Part shown: positions 10,196 to 18,916 of the stretch, piece after piece
Numbering within the stretch: the first letter of the stretch is position 1
Layout: each line of letters opens with the position of its first letter
Source of the DNA: an uncultured Solirubrobacterales bacterium
GTDB taxonomy: Bacteria > Actinomycetota > Thermoleophilia > Solirubrobacterales > Solirubrobacteraceae
Assembly (NCBI GenBank): GCA_963825025.1
Contig: CAWGRJ010000002.1
Coordinates: 1,218,497-1,282,496, forward strand
Length of the DNA: 64,000 nucleotides
Reading direction: 5' to 3'
The notes under the pieces: generated by a model
The model's input: the letters and a program-made list of their open reading frames with translations, nothing else
What the model was told of the DNA's origin: nothing
Database searches by the model: none
Made by a program: the position numbers and the translations under genes

Positions 10196-12802
10196 TCACG
10201 TGTCCTTGCTGCCCGCGGCGATGAAGCGCCGTAGTCCGTCGAGATCCTGGCCGGTGTAGGCGTCGAACGTCTGCTGGACGACCTTCTCGTAGGCCCATTC
10301 GCGACCGGCGAGGCGGGTTGAGTCCGCGCACCAGCGACGAGCCCGGCGGTCCTTGAGCGCAACGTCGAGATCCTCCTGGCCCTTCGTCTCGACGATCAGA
10401 CACGTGTCGTCGGTCATGCGCACGACGAAGTCCGGGTAGTAGTAGCGCAGCGCGCCCGCCTTTGAGATGTACTCCAGCGCGAAGCGGCTGTTCATCGTGA
10501 GCTTGGCCCACGCCGCGACGTCGGTGGCCCGATCGAGGAAGCTCGCGAAGCGGGCCTCCAGGGCGTTGTCGACGGGCGTGACGTTGAACACCGTGTGCTT
10601 GCCATCCACGGTCTGACGAGACCAGGGGAACGGTGGGGTCTGGGACAGCCGAAAGGCGTTCTCGGTGATTGTTGGCTCGCGCTCGGTGATCGCCAGCGCA
10701 CGGATGGCCTCGCCGAATGCGTTCGCGACGAGTGCTTGTGCGTCGTTCTCGGCCAGTCGGCGCAGGATGACCTTGTCGTCAAGCTCTACGGTCCGCTCGA
10801 ACACGCGGTCCTTGAGGTAGTCGCGGACCATCGGGGCGAGCGTGGCGAACGCTCCGGATAGCCGGTCGACTCCGCCGGCCTTGGCAGCGCCGCGGGTGTA
10901 GTAGGTGATGACGCCGGAGGGGTCTTCGGCGTAGGGAACGTGGAACTCGTACTCCTCGATGATGCCCTTCTCGATCAGGTGCATGCCGCGGTAGTGGACG
11001 TACTCGTCGGGTTGGATGTCTGGGATCGCAAGCCGGTGCTTTGGGTCGGGCACGTCGGCTGGATTGAGTTGATTCAGCGCGCTGTCAGATCGCGCCAGGG
11101 CGCGTGTCAGCTGTGGGATGACGATGTCGTAGCGGCGCTTTGCCTCGTCGGGGAAGATGGTGAGCGCCCCAGTCTCGATCTTGTCGGCGTCCTTTCGTTC
11201 CACGATAAGCCCGCCGTCGAGCTCGGTGCTCCAGAGCTGGCGGAACGCCTCGTGCTCGATGACGACCACGCGCTCGTCAAAGCCCGATCCTGGTGGGGTC
11301 ATTCGCCGCAGGCCACGACCCAGGGCTTGCTCGGGGAGGATCCTGTTCGCGGCCGTGAGCGCTCGCAATGTGACGATCACGCACACGTTGCGCACGTCCC
11401 AGCCCTCTCGGAGCATGAGAACGCTGACGATGCAGCGGATGTGACTGTCGGGCTGGTCGACCTCGCGTGCCGCGCGGCGGGCCAGATCGAGGTCATCCTT
11501 GGTGATCTCACCCGAGCGGGTCGTATGGATCACAAGCAGCTGGTCCCCTGCGAAGTCAGGGAGCTGCCGCAGATAGTCACCAGCCTCATCGGCAGCCAAG
11601 GTGTTCTCGCACATCACGAACAGCACCGGGCGCTTCCCCGACGGTGAGAGAGACTCGTGGAACTTTCGCCAGCGCCCGACCGCGACATCAAGCCACTGGC
11701 GGTTGCGCTGAAAGGAGCTATCGCCCAACTCGACCTCGGCGCCCTTGACCTCCCCGATCACGGGGGTCTTGACAATCCCGTCGGTCACCGCCTGGGCGAG
11801 CGGGTAGTCCACCACTACATGGCGAAACATTCCGCCCTTCTCGTGCTTCGGGGTAGCGGAGAAGTCCAGCTGAGAGACCACGCCAGCATCGCGATCATCC
11901 GCCGCGCGTTTGCGTAGCTCGTCGTGGAGACGCTCGATCGTCTGGTTCCACTTCAGTTTCTCGTCGTGGACGTGGTGTGCCTCGTCGTTGAGGACCATGA
12001 CGCGTCCGCGCTCCGCGATCCCATCGAAGAGACGCTCAGCGGAAGATGCGTCCACGTCGCGGTTGACTCGCGGACCGACCATCGCCTCCACGGGGTTTGG
12101 CGCGTTCTTCGCGTTGCCGCGGCCGGTGGGTGTCTCATACAGCCGTTGGATGTTGGTGAGGTAGAGCGCCCCGCGAGCCGTCACAGGGGAAGGGTCGTCC
12201 TGAAGGAGCACGGCGAGATCGAAGTCATGTGCCCACTCGGGCGGGACCAGTGGATCGCGACGGAACGTCGCTCCATCCCCGAAGTCGCTCTTCAGACGCT
12301 CGAACACGATCAAGTTCGGTGCGATCACGAGGAACGAGGTGGTCATCGGCGAGTCGGACTCGTACAGCGAGTGGAAGTAAGACCACACGATGCAGAGGCT
12401 CATCGCCAATGTCTTGCCCGACCCCGTCGCCATCTTCATCGCCAACCGCTGGCGCTTGGGTTCGCCGGGCTGGAGAGTCATCCCGTGCTCGGCGAACTCA
12501 AGGAGATCCTTCAGCGCGTGTACCGGCTCGATCTCGGTCAGGAAGATGAATGTCTCAACGGCCTCGCGCTGGCAGAAGTAGAAACGGAACGGTTGCCCAT
12601 CTTCGGAGCGATGCTCATCGGCAAACCAGAAACCAAGCAGGCGCCGAGAAGTGGCTGAGGTGACACCAGGGTAGTTCTGCGCGCGCCAGGCGTCCACGCG
12701 TGCTCTAACTCCGTTGACGGCATACGTTGCTTCGCTGGGTTTACGTCGCTCGGGAACGGCGTAGGGGTCGCCAGACGGAGCTGTGGGCTCCTCCGGACTC
12801 AC
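10196..12802 (-). CDS. res: Type III restriction enzyme, Res subunit (SF2 helicase plus C-terminal PD-ExK nuclease)
   Basis: Walker A MATGSGKTL. Motif II VLNDEAHHV (DEAH). C-terminal YYYPDFVVRMTDDTCLIVETKG (PD...ExK). The GTG start at 12802 overlaps the mod stop (GTGA). Confidence 0.9.
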   Translation of the reverse strand: MSPEEPTAPSGDPYAVPERRKPSEATYAVNGVRARVDAWRAQNYPGVTSATSRRLLGFWFADEHRSEDGQPFRFYFCQREAVETFIFLTEIEPVHALKDLLEFAEHGMTLQPGEPKRQRLAMKMATGSGKTLAMSLCIVWSYFHSLYESDSPMTTSFLVIAPNLIVFERLKSDFGDGATFRRDPLVPPEWAHDFDLAVLLQDDPSPVTARGALYLTNIQRLYETPTGRGNAKNAPNPVEAMVGPRVNRDVDASSAERLFDGIAERGRVMVLNDEAHHVHDEKLKWNQTIERLHDELRKRAADDRDAGVVSQLDFSATPKHEKGGMFRHVVVDYPLAQAVTDGIVKTPVIGEVKGAEVELGDSSFQRNRQWLDVAVGRWRKFHESLSPSGKRPVLFVMCENTLAADEAGDYLRQLPDFAGDQLLVIHTTRSGEITKDDLDLARRAAREVDQPDSHIRCIVSVLMLREGWDVRNVCVIVTLRALTAANRILPEQALGRGLRRMTPPGSGFDERVVVIEHEAFRQLWSTELDGGLIVERKDADKIETGALTIFPDEAKRRYDIVIPQLTRALARSDSALNQLNPADVPDPKHRLAIPDIQPDEYVHYRGMHLIEKGIIEEYEFHVPYAEDPSGVITYYTRGAAKAGGVDRLSGAFATLAPMVRDYLKDRVFERTVELDDKVILRRLAENDAQALVANAFGEAIRALAITEREPTITENAFRLSQTPPFPWSRQTVDGKHTVFNVTPVDNALEARFASFLDRATDVAAWAKLTMNSRFALEYISKAGALRYYYPDFVVRMTDDTCLIVETKGQEDLDVALKDRRARRWCADSTRLAGREWAYEKVVQQTFDAYTGQDLDGLRRFIAAGSKDT

Positions 12803-14715
12803 TTGATACGAACCTCAGCCAGCTTGGTCGTGTCGTTGCCGAAGATGTCGATGATCTTCACGATGATCGAGTAACGGCCCGCCTTCGGATACTCATGCCA
12901 TTCGCTCTGCGTCGCGAGCGCTGGCTCCTCCCTTGTCCGGTACGCCTGCCACTGGTTATGAAATACCTCGTCACTGAAGTCGTAGTCCACCGACCAGTAG
13001 TCGATGAGATCAGACCACGAGGTGATGCTCTCACGCACCTTCGGCGGGATCAGCTCCTCGCTCGGAATGGCGAAGTCCTTGAGCACCACACACGCCTCCC
13101 GACCTTGGCGACGCACATCGAGATCGACAAATGCAAGGTCGAAGAACCGCACCGCATCCGCCTCCGTCACCTGACGCTCCATCACCTCCCGGGGAATCTG
13201 TCGTGGCCGGACATCCAGGCCGCGACGCCTCGCATTCTCGGAGATCGTGTCATGGAGCCCCATCTCCCACTCCCAGCCCAGCAGATCGCACGACTCGATG
13301 CCGTTGTCGGCCATCTCATCCATCACGTTTTCGGTCTCGTCGATCGTCACCGGCGCGTCAGTGGCCCCGACATGGACCATGCGATTGGCCTTGCGACCGT
13401 GGAGGTGCTCAAAGCCCTCAACGGGCTCTGCGTTATAGAACGCCAAGATCGTGTCGAGATAGGCACGCAGCACGCCGTTGCCAGACTCGATCTGCCACCG
13501 CTGCCGCTCGTAAGCGCCCAGATTCTTGATGTCGAACGGACGGCAGTCGGGGATGTTCAGGAGTCGCTTACGGGTAGTGTGAACAGCGAAACGGCCGAGA
13601 TCGCACGCAATCCAGCGCCGGCCGAGCTTCTCGGCGACTGCTGCGGTTGTTCCGGAGCCGCAGAAGAAGTCGGCGACAAGATCACCTGGATTGCTTGCCA
13701 GCTTGATGATGCGTTCCAACAACAACTCGGGCTTCTGAGTGTCGTAGCCCAACCGCTCGATAGCCTGCGAATTGATCGGCCGAATATCGGTCCAGACATC
13801 GCCGAGCGGACGTCCCCGCGAGTCTTCGAGATAGCGCTTTAGCTGGGGCACGCTACCCGGCTTCGTTTGCACGACCAGACCCGCGTCGTAGGCAGCTTGC
13901 ATCCGATCCTGAGTCCATCGCCATACACGCGTAACACCTAGAAACTCGTACGTGAGATTCGGTCTGTTTGGATTGGGGTTGGTGAGGTCGCTCAGTCGAT
14001 AGATGCGACCATCCTGGTCCTGGTGGGTGTACTTGCCGCCGGTCTTCTCGTCCAGGTTGTCCAAGTCGTACGGCTGAAAGACTGCGTCCTCGTTCCACGC
14101 AGAGGTCGGCCCCCTACGGTAGGCAAAGATCACGTCGTGGTTATTGGGGAGCCGGGTTGTCATGAGGCTCTTGGAGAGCGTTCGCTGCCAGACGATCTCA
14201 TTAGAGAAAGCATCGGATCCAAATATCTCGTCACAGACCAGCTTTACGTAGTGACTGACATTCGACCCAATGTGCAAGAAGAGCCAACCATCGTCTGCCA
14301 GGAGCTCATGGATCAGTGTGAGCCGTTCATAGACCATGCGAAGATATGAGGACCGACCGCTGCCCCACGTGTCTCGATAAGCGTGCTCTTCGAGCACCGA
14401 CGGTGCCTTCGTCCAGTCAGCATCGCCAACCTTTACGCGGAACGAGAAGTCAGCGCCTGTGTCGAAGGGCGGATCAATGTAGACGAGCTTCACCTGCCCC
14501 GCGTATTCCTCTAGCAAGCTGCTCATCACCAACTTGTTGTCGCCCCAGATGAGCGAGTTCCGCTCGCTTGCTTGGGTGCCGCTGCCGCCGAACAGCGCGC
14601 CCGTGTCCCGCTCACGAGTCGCTCTGGACTCGTTGATGGTCTCAACGGTCTGGAAGGGCAGGTGGAACCGCTCGACGTGCTCCGGCTTGCCGTCCCACTC
14701 AAGGCGTACGGTCAC
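12799..14715 (-). CDS. mod: Type III DNA methyltransferase, Mod subunit (beta-class N6A/N4C MTase)
   Basis: Motif IV VYIDPPFDTGADF lies before motif I FFCGSGTTAAVAEKLGRRW. N-terminus MTVRLEWDGKPEHVERFHLPFQTVETINE is typical of Mod proteins. 4-nt overlap with res. Confidence 0.9.
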   Translation of the reverse strand: MTVRLEWDGKPEHVERFHLPFQTVETINESRATRERDTGALFGGSGTQASERNSLIWGDNKLVMSSLLEEYAGQVKLVYIDPPFDTGADFSFRVKVGDADWTKAPSVLEEHAYRDTWGSGRSSYLRMVYERLTLIHELLADDGWLFLHIGSNVSHYVKLVCDEIFGSDAFSNEIVWQRTLSKSLMTTRLPNNHDVIFAYRRGPTSAWNEDAVFQPYDLDNLDEKTGGKYTHQDQDGRIYRLSDLTNPNPNRPNLTYEFLGVTRVWRWTQDRMQAAYDAGLVVQTKPGSVPQLKRYLEDSRGRPLGDVWTDIRPINSQAIERLGYDTQKPELLLERIIKLASNPGDLVADFFCGSGTTAAVAEKLGRRWIACDLGRFAVHTTRKRLLNIPDCRPFDIKNLGAYERQRWQIESGNGVLRAYLDTILAFYNAEPVEGFEHLHGRKANRMVHVGATDAPVTIDETENVMDEMADNGIESCDLLGWEWEMGLHDTISENARRRGLDVRPRQIPREVMERQVTEADAVRFFDLAFVDLDVRRQGREACVVLKDFAIPSEELIPPKVRESITSWSDLIDYWSVDYDFSDEVFHNQWQAYRTREEPALATQSEWHEYPKAGRYSIIVKIIDIFGNDTTKLAEVRIK

Positions 14716-15017
14716 GGGGCCTCGTCGACGAGGACGCTGGCCGGGGGGGACGAGGAGCGCGGAGCGGGCACGGGCGACATCTTTGCGAGCACGTCGGTCG
14801 TACGGATGCCGTGCGGCCGAAGCAGCACGCCGCGAGCAGGCTCAAGCACGGTCAGGGCGAAACCGGGTCAGCGACCGGGTGGCCACCCTGCCGCTACCGA
14901 AGTTGACCCGGGAGTACCGAGGAACCAGGGTGGGCACGTGAGAGCGAAACTCGTGCGCTGATTGTTCCGTCTGCCGTAGGACGTACGAATACAGGGCTGC
15001 CATGCGTTCGCAGCTTC

Positions 15018-15064
15018 CCCGCCAGGCGAGGCTTCGTCACCCTCGCCTGGCGGGTCCGGTTTTT
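15018..15064 (+). terminator. intrinsic-terminator-like hairpin plus T-run in the mod / GRDP-like divergent intergenic region
   Basis: CCGCCAGGCGAGG (15019-15031), 9-nt loop, CCTCGCCTGGCGG (15041-15053), then gtccgg and TTTTT (15060-15064). No obvious upstream plus-strand gene to terminate. Confidence 0.4.
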
Positions 15065-15179
15065 GACGTCCGGGCTCTCTGATTGTCTATGCGAGGACGG
15101 TTAGCGGTTGACCCCGCAGAGCGATGTCCGTCTACGCGAACGTAATCGAAGCAGCATCGGCACCAGGAGGTGCTCATCC

Positions 15180-15656
15180 ATGTCTACCGTCTTGACGAGC
15201 CCCATGAACGCCAGCGATGCGCTGGCCCGCCTCGATGAGGTCCTCGACCTCGGCAATATCCGTTCCAAGCTCGCCGATCCCGAGGAGGGCAAGGGCTATG
15301 GACAGGCGGTACTAGACCTCATGGAGGCCGAGTACCGCAAGTTCCTGGCGATGCACCTCGCGCATCCAGAGTCCGAAGTCGTGCCCTGCAAACTCGTCGA
15401 TGAGATGTGGCATCAGCACATCCTCGACACAATCGCCTACCGCGAGGACTGCGAGACCATCTTCGGTGGCTTCCTCGACCATTTCCCCTACTTCGGCATG
15501 AGGGGCGAGGAGGACGCCGAGGCTCTCGCCGACGCCTACCGGGACACGCTTGATATGTACGAACGGGACTTCGGCACCCCGCCTGAAGGGACCTGGATCT
15601 CGGCGGACGCCGCGAAGTGCAGCCGCACCAACTGCAAGCCAACGAAGTGTAAATAG
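15180..15656 (+). CDS. GRDP-like (DUF1399-like) protein with Cys/Lys-rich C-terminal tail
   Basis: AGGAGG at 15165-15170, 9 nt before ATG 15180. Motif VDEMWHQHILDTIAYREDCETIFG resembles the glycine-rich-domain-protein family core. Tail AAKCSRTNCKPTKCK. Confidence 0.7.
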   Translation: MSTVLTSPMNASDALARLDEVLDLGNIRSKLADPEEGKGYGQAVLDLMEAEYRKFLAMHLAHPESEVVPCKLVDEMWHQHILDTIAYREDCETIFGGFLDHFPYFGMRGEEDAEALADAYRDTLDMYERDFGTPPEGTWISADAAKCSRTNCKPTKCK

Positions 15657-16256
15657 GGAGTCTCCGATCCTCGTCGTCTCCCGACTGTCGACCGAAAGTT
15701 CTGGTTGCAGACGGGAGACCACGGGCAGGTCCGAGCGGTGTAGCGCCGGCCGAGTGTCCACGCCCGAGGTTTCCCGCTGCCGGTTGCTGTCTGTGAGAGG
15801 TCTGCGTGAACCCCGCCCGGCCTCGCCTTGACCACGGGCGGGTGCTCGCCGATCCTGGGCGGGGGCTGAGGGCTCGCAGGGGTGCGGCCCCTCGTTGTAT
15901 CGCTCGAGGTGAAGGTCGGCGACCACGGGCGGGGGAACGAGGCCGCAGCGCAGCCCCTCGTCGGAGATCGCGCCGAGGCTCCGCCAGTGCTGGCCGGCGC
16001 CGCGCAGGACGATCGCGCTGATCTGTCCTGGGCCTGTGAGGTATGCCAGCGCGAACGGGCCGCGCGTGCTCACCTTCACCCAATCGAGGTGGACGTGGAG
16101 CGTTTCCTCGCTCGGCGCGAGCAGCCGGTTGATCGCGGTGAACTCCGAGCGGGTCGCGGGTCGCTCGGCGAGCGCCGCCGCCGGACCCACCAACGCGACA
16201 ACGGCGGCGGAGAGCACAGCTACAACGCGCGCGCGAGCTGGCAGGCGGCTATGCAT
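15312..16256 (-). CDS. secreted protein; only the first ~130 codons look protein-like
   Basis: Signal peptide MHSRLPARARVVAVLSAAVVALVGPAAALA. The start overlaps the stop of the upstream gene by 8 nt. The ORF only stops at 15312, giving a 345-nt convergent overlap with the GRDP-like gene, and its distal part is low-complexity. Confidence 0.4.
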   Translation of the reverse strand: MHSRLPARARVVAVLSAAVVALVGPAAALAERPATRSEFTAINRLLAPSEETLHVHLDWVKVSTRGPFALAYLTGPGQISAIVLRGAGQHWRSLGAISDEGLRCGLVPPPVVADLHLERYNEGPHPCEPSAPAQDRRAPARGQGEAGRGSRRPLTDSNRQRETSGVDTRPALHRSDLPVVSRLQPELSVDSRETTRIGDSLFTLRWLAVGAAALRGVRRDPGPFRRGAEVPFVHIKRVPVGVGESLGVLLAPHAEVGEMVEEATEDGLAVLAVGDCVEDVLMPHLIDEFAGHDFGLWMREVHRQELAVLGLHEV

Positions 16257-17076
16257 GACGGCGGCGGTGGTGTCGCTTGCTGGGTTGTGGTGCCGGCGGC
16301 TGCGTGCCGACGTGGACGGTCAGCGACGTCGAGGCTTGCGGTTCCAACCCGGAATCCTGCGTTGGGTCCGCCCATGCGCAGAAGATGTAGGTGCCGCGGC
16401 GCAGCGGTTCGACGTTGCTCGCCAGCCGCCACGGCCCGCCGGTTATGTCCTGGTCGATGAGGTGCTGGTCGTTTTCGACACTGGAGTTGATCGGGCAGCC
16501 GTGCTTGGTCGCGGTCATTCCCTCAACGACCATGTGGCGCTGCACTTCGCTTGTGGCGGTGAGGTTCAGCACGAACGGCCGGCCGGGCTGCGGCGCCCTT
16601 GGGAGGCTGAGCTTCAGCGAGATCACCGGCGCGCGAACCTGCACCTGCAGGGACGTGGAAGTTGTGATCGGCCCGCCGTCGGTTTCGATCAAGCCGGCCG
16701 GTTCCTCAAGCCAGCCGCAGAGAATGTAGGCGCCTGGGGTGGGCGGCGTGAAGCCCGCCGAGCCGCTCCAGTCGCCGACGTGCCCTCCTTCGAGGAGATG
16801 GCCGGGTGTGAGCGTGGTGCCCTGATCGGCTGCCGGCGTGGACGCGCACGGCACGCCGGGATTGTTCGCCGCCACGACGGCCAAAGCGGGCTCTTCGCTG
16901 ACGGCGCTCCAGCTGACCTGCCCGCCGATTTCCTGCACCGGCGTGGCGGGCACGGTGAGTGTCATCGAGTCCGCCCAGCCAGCGGCGGGCACAGCGAGCG
17001 CGGCGAGCGCCGAGATCGCCAGGAGGGCGAGCCCGCGCCGGCCACGACGTTTGGGTGCTTGGTTGGTGTTCATCAA
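16249..17076 (-). CDS. secreted protein (275 aa)
   Basis: GGAGGA Shine-Dalgarno before ATG 17076. N-terminus MMNTNQAPKRRGRRGLALLAISALAALAVPAAGWA is signal-peptide-like with a basic n-region. Beta-rich body. Confidence 0.65.
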   Translation of the reverse strand: MMNTNQAPKRRGRRGLALLAISALAALAVPAAGWADSMTLTVPATPVQEIGGQVSWSAVSEEPALAVVAANNPGVPCASTPAADQGTTLTPGHLLEGGHVGDWSGSAGFTPPTPGAYILCGWLEEPAGLIETDGGPITTSTSLQVQVRAPVISLKLSLPRAPQPGRPFVLNLTATSEVQRHMVVEGMTATKHGCPINSSVENDQHLIDQDITGGPWRLASNVEPLRRGTYIFCAWADPTQDSGLEPQASTSLTVHVGTQPPAPQPSKRHHRRRHA

Positions 17077-17178
17077 TCCTCCGTTCGGTGACGTTCAGGC
17101 CGCGTGGAAAAGCGGGCCCTATATGGAGGACTGCGAGCTGGCCCTCGCGCGCGACAGCCAATTTGCGCGCCGGCCCGC

Positions 17179-18876
17179 TCAGCGGCGAACGGCGACGTGG
17201 ATGGTGGCGCTTTCGTGGCTTGTGAAGGGGTAGCTGCCGTTGCGCACGGCGATCGCGCGGAACGCCCACCTGGTGCCTGGTTCCAGGGTGAAGGCGTAGC
17301 GGTACTTCCACTGTCCGCGGCTGTTGGTGTCCACGAGTTGAAGCTCGCGCCACCGGCCGCCGTAGTTGATCTGCACCTGGACTTCCTCTCCACCGGCGGG
17401 GATGTAGCCGCCGGTGAGCTGACCGGAGAAGGTGAAGAACTGGCCGAGGTTGACGTGCCGGGGCGCGTGGATCGAGATCGTCGCGGGGACGTTCTCGTGG
17501 AAGTCGAGCGTCGCCGCCGGCACCGCGTCGAGGGTGTGCGAGTAGAACGCGACTCGAAGCAGCCGGGATGGACCGGCGGGCGCCTTCAGCGACCATGACC
17601 CGTCGGCCGTGGTGGTCGCCGTCGCCACCGGAGTCACAGAGACGGAGCCGACGATCTGCTGCAGGAGCTTGACCTGCGCGTCCTTGATCGGGGCGCCGGA
17701 TGTGGTGGTCAGTCGGCCGGTGAGCGTGACGGTCGAGTGCTTCAGCGCTTTGTTGAAGGATCGCGCCTCGCCTGGGGTTGCGGTGAGCTTCGCGGCTTCG
17801 ACGCACGGCGTGCCACTACACGGCCCGCGTTCCACCGGCGCGGGAGTGGGCGTGAACACCGTGGCGTGGTTGATGGTGGTCAGCGTGCCCGAGTAGACCG
17901 TCGTGACATCTCCGGCGGCGTCTTCGACTTCGACCGTGAGCGCGTGCGTGCCATCGGGCAGCCCGGCGGTGTTGATTTCCGCGTGGACGGCCGTTTCGGT
18001 CGGGCATGGCTGGGCGTAGTTGAACGCACGGACGCCTTCGAGGCTGCCGGTCGAGACGCACTTGCCTTCGTTCAGGTTCGGGGTCGCTGCCCACACCTGC
18101 TGACCGTCGACCTTCGCTCGCACCTGATAAACACCGGGACCTGGGTCGGTGGCCTTGAAGGCGAGCGTGCCTGTGCCGGTGACGGTCCCGCCGAGCAGCG
18201 TCCCGCTGAAACCGGAGGCGGCCGGGCTCACGCTGGTGGAGAGCACGATCTGCGCGCTTGAGATGTTGACTTCGGCGGCCTCGTGACCGTTGCCTTCGTG
18301 TTCGTTGAAGTCCTCGGCGGGGCAGACGCCTTCGCTGTTGGGAAAGCAGTACGCCGTCTCGTACAGTTCGCTCGCCCCGCTGGCGTTGATCGCCAGGATT
18401 TTTTCGTAGCCGTGGCAGCCGGGGTTTTCGCAGATAGCGAGCGTGACCGACTGTTCTTTGACCTTGGCTGCGACCAGCGCACCGCCGTCGCGGGCCGTCA
18501 TCGTGACAGCCAGGTCACCCCCCGCGATCGTGGCGTAACGCGGCGCCTTGTATCGCCATGTTGTGCCCGAGTCCGGTTTGGTGCCGTTCCACCCGGCGGC
18601 ATACGCCGCGAGCCCGCCGCCGTTGTAATACCTTTCGCAATTGTCGGGCGGCAGCCCGACGTAGCCGTAATTCGCTTCCCCTTCCCAGTCTTCGGGGGCG
18701 ATGTATTCGGTGCCGCCGAACGAGCACGAGCGCTGCACCCACTCGCCCGCGTTTGCCGTCGAGATCGGAGCGAGCAGAGCCCAGCCCACCAAGAACAAGG
18801 CGCTCGCCAAGAGCAACGCGGCGGCGAGCCACCCGCGGCTGGACGTAGAGAACTGAAGAGAGGGTTGGGTATTCAT
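17179..18876 (-). CDS. secreted protein (565 aa) with C-terminal Ig/carboxypeptidase-regulatory-like beta domains
   Basis: Start trimmed to ATG 18876 (MNTQPSLQFSTSSRGWLAAALLLASALFLVGWALLAPISTANA), because the upstream 151 codons of the track ORF overlap the sigma-like gene in another frame. C-terminal VTLTGRLTTTSGAPIKDAQVKLLQQ...ADGSWSLKAP. Confidence 0.7.
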   Translation of the reverse strand: MNTQPSLQFSTSSRGWLAAALLLASALFLVGWALLAPISTANAGEWVQRSCSFGGTEYIAPEDWEGEANYGYVGLPPDNCERYYNGGGLAAYAAGWNGTKPDSGTTWRYKAPRYATIAGGDLAVTMTARDGGALVAAKVKEQSVTLAICENPGCHGYEKILAINASGASELYETAYCFPNSEGVCPAEDFNEHEGNGHEAAEVNISSAQIVLSTSVSPAASGFSGTLLGGTVTGTGTLAFKATDPGPGVYQVRAKVDGQQVWAATPNLNEGKCVSTGSLEGVRAFNYAQPCPTETAVHAEINTAGLPDGTHALTVEVEDAAGDVTTVYSGTLTTINHATVFTPTPAPVERGPCSGTPCVEAAKLTATPGEARSFNKALKHSTVTLTGRLTTTSGAPIKDAQVKLLQQIVGSVSVTPVATATTTADGSWSLKAPAGPSRLLRVAFYSHTLDAVPAATLDFHENVPATISIHAPRHVNLGQFFTFSGQLTGGYIPAGGEEVQVQINYGGRWRELQLVDTNSRGQWKYRYAFTLEPGTRWAFRAIAVRNGSYPFTSHESATIHVAVRR

Positions 18877-18916
18877 CGTCGTGGATTCCTTTCCAAATCC
18901 GGTGGGTCGCTGGCTC

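Noticed and set aside
14842-15003. 53-codon minus-strand ORF upstream of mod, considered as a controller (C) protein of the R-M system.
   Set aside because: No helix-turn-helix pattern was recognised and no clear Shine-Dalgarno is present. Third-position GC (about 72%) is lower than in confident genes.
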